A DNA stretch of 64,000 nt from positions 6-64,005 of the forward strand of contig JAAVIF010000075.1 of NCBI GenBank assembly GCA_014799365.1. Reading direction: 5' to 3'. Source of the stretch: Oscillospiraceae bacterium (GTDB lineage: Bacteria; Bacillota; Clostridia; Oscillospirales; Ruminococcaceae). Both the position numbers and the translations under genes were made by a program. Position 1 is the stretch's first letter. Each line of letters begins with the position of its first letter. Below the pieces are notes generated by a model that saw nothing but the letters and a program-made list of their open reading frames with translations, did no database searches and was not told the DNA's origin. Positions 50,475-60,197 of this stretch are shown one piece after another.

Positions 50475-51674
50475 ATGATTATCAGACCACACTATTTAGA
50501 TATGCTGAAAACCTATCGTGATGTGCCGCTGGTAAAAATTCTTGCGGGTATTCGCCGCTGCGGTAAATCAACAATATTGGAAATGCTGCAAGATGATTTG
50601 ATAAAAAGCGGAGTTAATGCCGACCATATTATCAATATGCGTTACACTTCAGAGGATTTTGACGACGGTATGACCGATAAAGACATGCATAAGGGTATCA
50701 AGGAGAAAATGACAGACAGCGAGCGTTATTATCTTCTGCTTGATGAGGTACAGGAGGTAAACAGCTGGGAGAAAGCAGTCAACAGTCTTCTTGAAAACGC
50801 TAATACAGATATTTATGTGACAGGCTCAAATTCTAAACTTATGTCAAGTGAAATATCCACCTATCTGACGGGACGGTATATTTCTATCCCTGTGTTTACG
50901 CTGTCATTTTCCGAATATATAGAGTTTAAGAAAGCAAGCGGACGTACTCCAAAAGAATTGCTTACCGAATATATCCATAATGGCGGCTTTCCAATCGTTG
51001 CGCTGAGCAATTTTGATGAAAGCGCTGCTTATCAAATTGTTGAGGGAATATACAATTCTGTTATCACAAACGACATAACAAAGCGTCACAACATTACGAA
51101 CTTTGACCTGTTCAACCGTGTTGTGAAGTATGTCATCGAAAATGTGGGCAAAACTTTTTCCGCTAACGCAATAGTGAAGTTCCTGAAAAGCGAAGGGCGT
51201 TCGCTCTCGGTGGAATCGGTGTATAACTATTTGGAATGGCTGGAAAAAGCCTTTGTGATCTATCGCTGTCAGCGATACGATCTGCAGGGGAAATCTGTGC
51301 TAAAAACGCAGGAAAAGTTTTATCTTGCAGATGCCTCTCTTAAATATTGCATAATGGGTTTTAATCCGAAATCTGTTGCTGTCATGCTTGAAAACATCGT
51401 GTACTTTGAACTTCGAAGAAAAGGCTATGATGTGTATATTGGTAAGAATGAAACGAAAAAAATAGACTTTGTAGCGGTGCGGCGTGATGAACGTATTTAT
51501 GTACAGGTATGCCGTAATCTTCCCGAAGAGTCTGACCGTGAGATTGCTAATCTGCTTGAGATCAGGGATCACTATCCAAAATATGTGGTAACGCTTGACG
51601 AGCTTGCCGCAGGAAACATCAATGGCGTTAAAATCGTGCATTTGGCGGATTTTCTGCTGGCTGAGGGTTATTAA
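50475..51674 (+). CDS. AAA_14/DUF4143 ATPase with a C-terminal PD-(D/E)xK-like domain
   Basis: GIRRCGKS, LDEVQ, TGSNS, GGFP and IDFV...YVQV. Confidence 0.85.
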   Translation: MIIRPHYLDMLKTYRDVPLVKILAGIRRCGKSTILEMLQDDLIKSGVNADHIINMRYTSEDFDDGMTDKDMHKGIKEKMTDSERYYLLLDEVQEVNSWEKAVNSLLENANTDIYVTGSNSKLMSSEISTYLTGRYISIPVFTLSFSEYIEFKKASGRTPKELLTEYIHNGGFPIVALSNFDESAAYQIVEGIYNSVITNDITKRHNITNFDLFNRVVKYVIENVGKTFSANAIVKFLKSEGRSLSVESVYNYLEWLEKAFVIYRCQRYDLQGKSVLKTQEKFYLADASLKYCIMGFNPKSVAVMLENIVYFELRRKGYDVYIGKNETKKIDFVAVRRDERIYVQVCRNLPEESDREIANLLEIRDHYPKYVVTLDELAAGNINGVKIVHLADFLLAEGY

Positions 51675-51881
51675 AAAGAAGTGCGAAAAGTTTTATAAAA
51701 GTAACATTTTGAACTGTTCTTCTTTCCTTTTTGTTTGTTTTGATGTACAAAACAACTATGCAAACACACTGCCTACATGATTTATATTTGAGAGTATAGA
51801 TATGATTAAAACACAATTAATGAATTTTATATATTAAGAAATTTAAATAAACACAATTATAAAAAATATAAGGAGAATTTT

Positions 51882-52481
51882 ATGAGTGTATTGTTAGATC
51901 TTTTATCTAATGTAGCTGTTAACATTGCTGAAGAAAATTATGAATTGAAAAGTGCGATCATTTCTTCCTTATTTCCAGGGATTATTTCGATTTTAGGATT
52001 TATAATTACATATATTTCTATGAAAAAGAGTTTTATAAATGAATTGAAAAAGCAAAAGAATAGCGTAGCATTAGAAAAAATGTCCACTATGCCTTTTGAA
52101 GTTCTTACATTAATGGATGAAATGATACATCAAGATAACGACGAAAGTAAGGAAAGTAGTCTTCTACATTTCCAAGAAATGATGAATACAATTTACTCTT
52201 ATGGATCAGAAGAATCCATTAGAATTATTTCTACTATGCAAAAAGAAAATTATGCAATTAGCAAAAATCCTAACGCACGCAATATTTATAGAATGATGTC
52301 GTTATATGTACTTTTAGCTACTCAAATCAAGTATGATGTAACAGAAATTGCTGTTTGCCCCAAACTTTGGTTTGAAATGAGAATTACTGATTATAAAAAT
52401 GAAAGTAGAGAAATTATAAAAGCTAATAATCAATTGGTAAAAGAACTTAAACTAAATGATAAGTTTATAATATGTGATTAA
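51882..52481 (+). CDS. Hypothetical protein with an N-terminal TM helix
   Basis: AAGGAG RBS, 199-aa ORF, hydrophobic segment LFPGIISILGFIITY. Confidence 0.6.
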   Translation: MSVLLDLLSNVAVNIAEENYELKSAIISSLFPGIISILGFIITYISMKKSFINELKKQKNSVALEKMSTMPFEVLTLMDEMIHQDNDESKESSLLHFQEMMNTIYSYGSEESIRIISTMQKENYAISKNPNARNIYRMMSLYVLLATQIKYDVTEIAVCPKLWFEMRITDYKNESREIIKANNQLVKELKLNDKFIICD

Positions 52482-52531
52482 ACAAATTTGAACATTCCTA
52501 TAATGCATTAAAATCTTTTTGCACAAAAAGA

Positions 52532-53251
52532 TTATTCAAAATAGCAGTTATTACTCTCAAGCATCTTTTTCCTCTCCTGCCAATCCGGCATAAACATGGC
52601 AAGCTGTCGGTAAAATTCTTTTGAATGGTTTGGCTGCAAAAAATGCGTAAATTCATGCGTAACCACATACTCAATACAAAACAACGGAACCTCAATAAGA
52701 GCAACATTGAAGGTCAGAATGCCTCTTTTAGGTTGACAGCTGCCCCAACGTGACACCATATTTCTGATACAAATTTTCGGAAAAGCAATGCCATATTTCT
52801 GAAATTTAGTATAAATATTTTCACAAATAGAAAGCAGCACTTCCTGACAGTTTTTCTTTATCCATTTGTCCATAACTTTCTTTTTGAGTTCAGAATCAGA
52901 TTCATCTTTTACTGTCAAAGTGATATAAGACTCATCGCTTTCAACCGTGTTTCTTTTTCCCTGAGCAACTTTTAACCTGCGGTCATGACCGAGAATGCGG
53001 AATGACTCGCCGTCCACATACTGCTTCGGCTGAGGAGAATACTTTGCAATTTCGGCGTAGTGATCTAACGCATGTAAAATATAATCTGCTTTTGATTTTA
53101 AAAAATCTTCGATAACATCATCAGCTACATTTTCGTTTGCTGAAACATATATGTTTTGATCGGCTTTTATACGCAAATTGATATTTTTCACATTCTTGCG
53201 TTCGAGATCATAAACTATTTTGCGCCCTCTCAAGCTTATTTCCCTGATCAT
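52532..53251 (-). CDS. YgjP/M48 (SprT-like) metal-dependent hydrolase, type I RM-associated
   Basis: RWGSC and HEFTH...NHS; ATGA overlap with hsdR. Confidence 0.88.
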   Translation of the reverse strand: MIREISLRGRKIVYDLERKNVKNINLRIKADQNIYVSANENVADDVIEDFLKSKADYILHALDHYAEIAKYSPQPKQYVDGESFRILGHDRRLKVAQGKRNTVESDESYITLTVKDESDSELKKKVMDKWIKKNCQEVLLSICENIYTKFQKYGIAFPKICIRNMVSRWGSCQPKRGILTFNVALIEVPLFCIEYVVTHEFTHFLQPNHSKEFYRQLAMFMPDWQERKKMLESNNCYFE

Positions 53252-56200
53252 CTGAATCTCCTCAGCGCAACAGTAATCACATTCTCAATAATCTTATCAA
53301 TTGTATCAAAATCAATTTCAAAACCGCTCTCATTTTCAAGTCTGTAAAACATATCATCAATATCCTGAGCAATCCTGTTGTGAATTTCTTTATTTGTCTG
53401 CCAATCTACGGTGTCATGCTTTTTAATAATATCAGTTACTTCAAGAGATATATCGGAGATAATATCTAAGTTATCATTAATATCAATCTCATCATCAAGA
53501 ATAGCGGTAATAACCCCATAAAATGCCTGAGCATGAACATTTTCCTTTATCTTTTCTGGATAAGTGATATTTGTCGTTCCTTTACGGTAATCAGCCATAA
53601 TTGACTTCATTTTATCAAGATACTCAGCTTCGGAAATCACTCTGTTTTTATAATCCTCAAGAGCTTCTTTAATCCGTTTGGAAAAACTGTCATAATACGC
53701 CGGATTTTCATCACGATTCACTTTTATACTCTTAGTCATATGAGACATAATTGAATCGGCTTTGGAACGGAGTGAGCCCAACTCTTCCAACTCTTTTTCA
53801 AGCTCTTCTTTATCAAGAATGTCCACAGGATTTGTGATCTGCTTAATGCCGGCAACAGACATATGAGTATCTAACAGATTTTGCATTTGTTTTTCATACT
53901 CACGATTATCAATAACATCGGCATAGCGGACTTTAACGCTTCGGCGCACTTTAGAATAAAAAATAAATGTCGATTGATACTTATCAATTTCCTTTTTCTC
54001 AAATGCTGCATATGCCTTTTCAGAGTTTAAAACCATGTTGAGGGCCCGACCAAACACGCATAGGGCGTCATAAAACCTTCCGCGGATTTCTGTATCTGCT
54101 AAATAAAGCTCAATTTCTTCGGTATCTTCTTTGTTATTGATACTTGAAAAAACATCACAAAGATGCGAATATGCCTCACGAAGGCGACCAACACACGCCA
54201 TAACATCTACAATAACGCCTTTGATATCCGCACTGTCAAACTCTTCAAGACCTGAACCGCTGTATATTTCCATAGCAGTATCAAGCTTACTGATAAGTCC
54301 ACGATAATCAACAATCAGTCCGAAATCTTTACCTTCATATAGACGGTTGGTTCTGGCAATCGCTTGTAGCAAACTATGGTCTTTCAATTCTTTATCAACA
54401 TATAACACCTGTGTTCTCGGCGCATCAAAACCGGTCAATAGCTTGCTGCATACGATAAGAATATCAATTTCACCATCAATAAATTTATTTTTGATCGTTT
54501 CTTCATACTCATCAGCATTACCGTATTGTTCCATCATCTTATTCCAAAAGGACACAACAAGATCATCAGTGCTTTCATCTACCTCAGTATTACCTTCACG
54601 CATGTCAGGAGCAGATATAACAACAGCTGTGGTAAGATCATCAAATTGTTCAAAGCATTTCTGATAACGAATAGCGTCTTTTTTGTAATTACAAGCGAGC
54701 ATGGCTTTAAATCCGGTGTTCTTATAACCTTCTATGAAATGTTGATTTACATCTAATGCAATTCGCTTAATTCTTGCATCGGTAGATGTAAGCCGTTTGA
54801 TGCTGCTCCACTTATTGCGAAGATCCGCTTTTTGAGCGTCGTTAAGTCTCTTTGTAACCTGTCCGAACCACAAGTCAATATTCTCTTCATCAACACGCTG
54901 ATCAACAAATTTACCTTCATAAATCAGCGGAACAATAGCATTATCTTCAACACCGTCTTTAATTGTATATTTATGGATCAGCTTGCCGAATTTTGCCATA
55001 GTGTTCTTCTCATTTTTCATAAGAGGAGTACCGGTAAAGCCAATATAACAAGCGTTAGGAAACACAGTGCGCATTTTAGTAGCAAGAGAACCGTAATTTG
55101 AACGATGACTTTCATCTACAAGCACAAATATATCTCTTGAATAATTTTTAAGTCCGCTATTTTCAACTGTATTAAACTTATTGATAATAGAAGTGATTAC
55201 ATCAGCAGAACCTTTGTTGATAAGATCAATCAAATGCTTACCGCTTGTGGCTCTTGCAGGAGATAAGCGGGTATGAGCAAAGGTTTTTGCAATTTGTCTG
55301 TCAAGTTCTTTACGGTCGGTAACAATAACAACTCTTGGGTTGCATTTACTCATTTCCTCAAGAATATATTTTGCTACCATTACCATAGTAAGCGACTTGC
55401 CGCTTCCTTGCGTGTGCCATATAACACCGCTCCGACGGTTGCCCGCAGAATCATTTGTGTTAATCGTTTTTATGATTTCTTCAACAGCAAAGAACTGCTG
55501 ATAACGGCATATTTTTTTAATATTTCCGTCATACAAAGTAAAATATTTTGTCAGTTTCAAAAGCCTTTCCGGTGAAAGCAAAGACACAATATTTCTGTCC
55601 TGAACAGTCGGTTCTCTGCCCGCAATGTGTTGCTCAATCAGTTTTTCTTGCCATTCGGTATATTGTTCACGCCATATACTCCAGAATTTTTTTCCAGTGC
55701 CGCAAGTCGCATACTTAACCACATTCTTATTGGTTGCAACAACAATCTGAGCATATTTGAAAAGCTGAGGAATGTAATCTTTTCCTTGATTGCGAATAAT
55801 CTGCTCTATCGCCTGATCTTCACTGATAGTGGGTGACTTGCATTCAATTACTGCAAAGGGAATGCCGTTTACAAACAGCACAATATCGGGGCGAGCGTTT
55901 TTCTGCTTGTCCCAACTGTCACATGAGAACTCTTCCGTTACATGATAAACGTTATTCTCAGGGTGTTCCCAATCAATATATTTTAAATTAAAGCTTTTGG
56001 AAGTGCCGTCAGCCAATTTTTCGATATAGCTTTTGCCAAGCATTAATGAGTCATAAATCTTTTCACTTGTACGAACAAGACCGTCCGTCAGCGGTTCGTC
56101 AAGGTCTTTAATGGCTTTTTCAACATTATCGGCAGTGAATTTATAAGTGATACCGCCAAATTCAAATTGGTTGATAGTATGTAATTGCTTGCGCAAAATA

Positions 56201-56352
56201 TCTTTAAGAAGAACATCATAAAAAGCACCTCGCTGACGCATACAATCTTCCGGAGTTATATACTCATAGCCTATTTTGCATAAAAGCTCTATTGCCGGAT
56301 ACTTGCTGATATTATCTTCTAAATACAAGTCGGATTGATATTTATAGCTCAT
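53248..56352 (-). CDS. hsdR: Type I restriction endonuclease subunit R
   Basis: RPD...IECK nuclease motif, HTQGSGKS, DESHR, FTGTP, LLTGFDAP and QAIARTNR. Confidence 0.95.
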   Translation of the reverse strand: MSYKYQSDLYLEDNISKYPAIELLCKIGYEYITPEDCMRQRGAFYDVLLKDILRKQLHTINQFEFGGITYKFTADNVEKAIKDLDEPLTDGLVRTSEKIYDSLMLGKSYIEKLADGTSKSFNLKYIDWEHPENNVYHVTEEFSCDSWDKQKNARPDIVLFVNGIPFAVIECKSPTISEDQAIEQIIRNQGKDYIPQLFKYAQIVVATNKNVVKYATCGTGKKFWSIWREQYTEWQEKLIEQHIAGREPTVQDRNIVSLLSPERLLKLTKYFTLYDGNIKKICRYQQFFAVEEIIKTINTNDSAGNRRSGVIWHTQGSGKSLTMVMVAKYILEEMSKCNPRVVIVTDRKELDRQIAKTFAHTRLSPARATSGKHLIDLINKGSADVITSIINKFNTVENSGLKNYSRDIFVLVDESHRSNYGSLATKMRTVFPNACYIGFTGTPLMKNEKNTMAKFGKLIHKYTIKDGVEDNAIVPLIYEGKFVDQRVDEENIDLWFGQVTKRLNDAQKADLRNKWSSIKRLTSTDARIKRIALDVNQHFIEGYKNTGFKAMLACNYKKDAIRYQKCFEQFDDLTTAVVISAPDMREGNTEVDESTDDLVVSFWNKMMEQYGNADEYEETIKNKFIDGEIDILIVCSKLLTGFDAPRTQVLYVDKELKDHSLLQAIARTNRLYEGKDFGLIVDYRGLISKLDTAMEIYSGSGLEEFDSADIKGVIVDVMACVGRLREAYSHLCDVFSSINNKEDTEEIELYLADTEIRGRFYDALCVFGRALNMVLNSEKAYAAFEKKEIDKYQSTFIFYSKVRRSVKVRYADVIDNREYEKQMQNLLDTHMSVAGIKQITNPVDILDKEELEKELEELGSLRSKADSIMSHMTKSIKVNRDENPAYYDSFSKRIKEALEDYKNRVISEAEYLDKMKSIMADYRKGTTNITYPEKIKENVHAQAFYGVITAILDDEIDINDNLDIISDISLEVTDIIKKHDTVDWQTNKEIHNRIAQDIDDMFYRLENESGFEIDFDTIDKIIENVITVALRRFR

Positions 56353-57296
56353 TGTGTTTGCTCCTTCTTTTGCATCAACTTATATTCAATCCCGTCTCTA
56401 TCAATCTCTTGCTTAATATCAAGTTCAGTGAAAGAAAAGAAGTTATCTTCAGTTTCGCATGGAGCTATTATATATTTATCGGGATTTTCATAAACTACCA
56501 CATAATATGTATTATCGTCACCATTAATTACTTTGAACTGTTTTTGCTTTTCCGCAACATTATATCCAAAATAAATAAACAAAAATGATTCTATAACTAT
56601 AAGTAGCGCAAGCACAATACAGCTTCTTATAAAAACATTTAACGAATTTCTTTCTTTTTTTGTTTTCTTTTCTGATTCATTTTTTGTTTTGCTTTTTGAT
56701 TTCTTTGTTACTTCATTTTTTATTTCTTTTTTCGGTTCTTTTTCAAGTTTTAATTTAGAGCGATATTCACATATACCATTATACATGCCATAAAAAAATA
56801 GAACTACACCCAGAAAAAAACCCATAAGAAAAAATAAACATTTTGCTGATATAGAATATTTGATTCCGTGAAAATTATCAATAGCTAAGCAAAAAATAAG
56901 TATCAAGTCTGGAAACAATACGAACAACAAAGAACAACCCACTTTTATCCTCATTTTGCTTTCTCCTCTCCAAAGAAGAAATAAAATAAGGTTTATTATT
57001 ATAATCAACAGAGCAAATACACCTTTAACGAACAAATCGTATAGCATATTGTCTCCAGAAACATCAATTAACGATGAAGAGATATTATAATATATAGTTT
57101 TTCCATATTCGATTAGATAAAGAATAAATCTAAGCACTGCTCCGCCAACCACAACAGCCGATGTGGTAAGAAAAGTAAAAGCACTAGCATTTTCTTGAAC
57201 ATATTTTATTATTTTTTTAAATACTTCACGATTATTTAATTGTTGTGATTCTGATGATTTTATTTCGTCTTTCTCCATGTTTTGTTCTTCTGTCAT
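56349..57296 (-). CDS. Uncharacterised multi-TM protein embedded in the RM operon
   Basis: About 5 hydrophobic segments and a Lys-rich loop; ATGA overlaps with both hsdS and hsdR. Confidence 0.7.
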   Translation of the reverse strand: MTEEQNMEKDEIKSSESQQLNNREVFKKIIKYVQENASAFTFLTTSAVVVGGAVLRFILYLIEYGKTIYYNISSSLIDVSGDNMLYDLFVKGVFALLIIIINLILFLLWRGESKMRIKVGCSLLFVLFPDLILIFCLAIDNFHGIKYSISAKCLFFLMGFFLGVVLFFYGMYNGICEYRSKLKLEKEPKKEIKNEVTKKSKSKTKNESEKKTKKERNSLNVFIRSCIVLALLIVIESFLFIYFGYNVAEKQKQFKVINGDDNTYYVVVYENPDKYIIAPCETEDNFFSFTELDIKQEIDRDGIEYKLMQKKEQTQ

Positions 57297-58597
57297 GTTT
57301 TTACCCTCACTATTCCTGTCAATAAAAGCTGCATTAAGGCCTTTTTGATTTTTTTTAGTTCTTCATACTTACGCTGATTAAAGGTGATAAGGTGGTCTAG
57401 ATTGGTAAAGTATTTTCCAATAGCTTGTTGTTCCTCTATATATTGTGGCATTATGATAGGCATTTCTTTGAAAACATCATCACGAATTGCAAATCTATCG
57501 GAACGAGCACCAGAATTGCCATTAAGGTGCATAAAGCTATACCAGCCGTTAGTTTTAAAGTAGTATTCTAAAAAACTATAATCAACATCGTGCGTTCTGA
57601 AAACGTAGTACAATGGTGACATCGCTCCCAATTTTCCCAGCTTATTTCGCCTTATCGGTCCAAACGGAGCAAGTGTAGAAATACGTGGATTGTAAACAAA
57701 ATCATTAGGTTCTACAATGTAGTATCCATCAATGTTTTCGTTATTTGCTATGTCCTTGTCAAAGAAATCACGTTGTGATATGATACCGTATTCAGCAGAA
57801 TTAGTGAGTACCTCGTCACATACCATATCTTGATTTTTTCTTGTTACCTTTTCAGATATATTACCCAACTTACGCTGTTCCCAAGGTTCCGTAAAACCTT
57901 TGAAGCGTATTTCTGGAACATTTGAGCCTTTTTTGGGAAACATTTTGCTTAAATAATACTTTTTCAGCTTTTTAAGCTCTTCTATCTTTCGTTGGTTCAG
58001 TTCGATAAGCTTGTCCTGGGTGGAGAGAATTTCGGCAATTTTTTGTTGCTCAGCAAGAGGGGGGATAAACAAATGAGAATTAAAGAAATCGTCAACCGAA
58101 ATATTTAATAAACCATGATTTCTTGCACCTTCCTGCGCAAATGCTTTAATTTCTCTATTCATCTTTCCGCTCTCGAAATAATATTCATAGAACTCAGGAC
58201 ACTTATTATCTTTTGTAGCAGAAAAACATATGTACAAAGGAGATACTATTCCTTTTTCATACATTTTAAGACGTTTTAATGCTCCAAAGGGATACCCATT
58301 AGAATAACTCTTATTATATGCAAACTCACCTTTATATAACAAGAAATAGTTCGATTTATCCTCGCTTGCAATATCCTTGTTAAAAAAATCACGCTGACTA
58401 ATAAGACCATGCTGAGCTGATATGGTTAAAACATTATCGTTGTTTTCTGAGTTTTTGCGAGATACTCGAAAAAATATTTCCTTTAAGCGAGTTTTGCTCC
58501 AGCCCATCGGTATAATACCGACTTTCGTCTTTTGATATTCTTTTGGAATCTCTCCGCTCCGGATTTGCTTGATTCTTTGTTTGATCTGCGGATTCAT
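57293..58597 (-). CDS. hsdS: Type I RM specificity subunit
   Basis: Two TRDs, PPLAEQQKIA, IRFKGF and KKALMQLLLTG conserved regions; start re-called at MNPQI. Confidence 0.92.
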   Translation of the reverse strand: MNPQIKQRIKQIRSGEIPKEYQKTKVGIIPMGWSKTRLKEIFFRVSRKNSENNDNVLTISAQHGLISQRDFFNKDIASEDKSNYFLLYKGEFAYNKSYSNGYPFGALKRLKMYEKGIVSPLYICFSATKDNKCPEFYEYYFESGKMNREIKAFAQEGARNHGLLNISVDDFFNSHLFIPPLAEQQKIAEILSTQDKLIELNQRKIEELKKLKKYYLSKMFPKKGSNVPEIRFKGFTEPWEQRKLGNISEKVTRKNQDMVCDEVLTNSAEYGIISQRDFFDKDIANNENIDGYYIVEPNDFVYNPRISTLAPFGPIRRNKLGKLGAMSPLYYVFRTHDVDYSFLEYYFKTNGWYSFMHLNGNSGARSDRFAIRDDVFKEMPIIMPQYIEEQQAIGKYFTNLDHLITFNQRKYEELKKIKKALMQLLLTGIVRVKT

Positions 58598-60191
58598 TAT
58601 CTTTCTCCTCATATATTTTAACAAATGTGTTTATTATTTCTTTCAAATTTGTGAATACTTTCTTTAGCGTTTCACTATCCATTGCACAAATACTATTACA
58701 GCATGCCATTTTATCAAATTCTTGATATTTAGTTATTTCTCCATAGTTTCCAGTTTTTTCTTTATTTACATAGAATGGTGTCAAATCAACATCATCAAGA
58801 ACCAAAGCGTTTTCAATTCCCTTTACCATACCCTTTGAATTCTCATATTTGGGAGTTGATGTTTCAATAACATTTTTTACCCTTTTTGTTTGACAATTCG
58901 TATCACAATCCTTTAGGCAAATATTTATCACCTCTGAATTTTGTGACACTAAAAAATGGAATGCTTTGTCTACACTTTTATCTCCCGTGTTAGCTTCCTG
59001 TCCGTTTTCATCTATATATCCCACCCATTTAAATCTAAAAGGTACAGTATAACCAAATACATCAACAGCTTTATTGAAATATTTTTCGTCCGTTTGTCCC
59101 TCCAGATAAACTGTAGGTTGTTCAGCAGAGAAAGATTTTATAGAGAAAGCATCCTGCACTACCTCAACTGAATTACACTTGAAATATTCAGGATTGTCCT
59201 TTACAATTATATCTCCGTTTTCGTCACGTACCAAGATAATAACTTTATCATTTCTGCGATTGTCATTATGTATAACAAATGGAGAATGTGTAACCGCAAA
59301 TATTTGAGATGTTTGTATACCCTCTTCGTTAGTAAAAATCCCTTTGTAATAATCCATAATCTTCATTTGCCAATTGGGATGTAAACTGATTTCAGGTTCA
59401 TCAATAAAAACAAATGCTCCTTTCATAGCGTTTATATCTTTAAGTAAAAAACAACCACGATATACTATTTGCTTTTCACCTGAACTTAAATTATCGATAG
59501 AAATATCAACATTATTTTTCTTAAAAAGAACGGACTTTTGTCCATTTTCATTTTCTATTCGATTATATGAAAGATTATCAAACATTCGATTAAATGCACT
59601 TGAAAATCGAGATATACGTTTATCTAACTTAAGTTCAGAACACTTTTTATCAGGATTAGACTCTACGGCACGCAATACATCTCCATCATCAAGTGCTTGT
59701 ATGTCAATTAATAATTGCTTTATTTGAGTAGGCAAATCATATGAAGATTTACGACTTGTCTGTTCAGAATCAAGTGAAAGGCTGGTAATGTATGATACTT
59801 TGTTAGAATGAAAATTTATGTCCACATCAGAGTAAATTGCAGCTAATGGATATTTTCTTTCCAAGGAAGTTCTTTTAATGTCAAGGCTCATCTCTAATTC
59901 TTCATTGTCTTTAACAAAAATAGTATTTTTAAATTCTGGTTCATAAGAAAATTTATAATCAATGCTAAGCAATCCCCCATCATATTCTATATCAACTTTG
60001 CATGGAAAATTAACCCTGTAGTTAGATATTCCATAAAGTTCACTTAATAATGTACTCTTACCAGTACCATTCTCCCCTGCAATAATTACTGTATCAACGG
60101 CATTCCCTTCCATATCACAAAAATCCAACGAAAGATTTTTAAGTATAGGATGATCTATAAATGTAATTTTTTTGATTTTATACATTTTCAA
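58434..60191 (-). CDS. ABC-ATPase + TOPRIM (OLD-like) nuclease embedded in the RM operon
   Basis: GENGTGKS, LSSGEKQ, IDEPEISLHP and THSP; TOPRIM VYLEGQTD...KDCD. Confidence 0.8.
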   Translation of the reverse strand: MKMYKIKKITFIDHPILKNLSLDFCDMEGNAVDTVIIAGENGTGKSTLLSELYGISNYRVNFPCKVDIEYDGGLLSIDYKFSYEPEFKNTIFVKDNEELEMSLDIKRTSLERKYPLAAIYSDVDINFHSNKVSYITSLSLDSEQTSRKSSYDLPTQIKQLLIDIQALDDGDVLRAVESNPDKKCSELKLDKRISRFSSAFNRMFDNLSYNRIENENGQKSVLFKKNNVDISIDNLSSGEKQIVYRGCFLLKDINAMKGAFVFIDEPEISLHPNWQMKIMDYYKGIFTNEEGIQTSQIFAVTHSPFVIHNDNRRNDKVIILVRDENGDIIVKDNPEYFKCNSVEVVQDAFSIKSFSAEQPTVYLEGQTDEKYFNKAVDVFGYTVPFRFKWVGYIDENGQEANTGDKSVDKAFHFLVSQNSEVINICLKDCDTNCQTKRVKNVIETSTPKYENSKGMVKGIENALVLDDVDLTPFYVNKEKTGNYGEITKYQEFDKMACCNSICAMDSETLKKVFTNLKEIINTFVKIYEEKDNESADQTKNQANPERRDSKRISKDESRYYTDGLEQNSLKGNIFSSISQKLRKQR

Positions 60192-60197
60192 TTCTCC

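Noticed and set aside
27609-60191. Gabija system formed by the OLD-like nuclease and the helicase
   Set aside because: The genes are about 28 kb apart on opposite strands, and the helicase is RecD-like rather than an adjacent GajB-type UvrD.
27178-60191. Island tRNA-Ser acting as an antidote to the TOPRIM or HEPN-like effectors
   Set aside because: The intact copy has the same anticodon loop as the split halves, so there is no sign of a cleavage-resistant variant.
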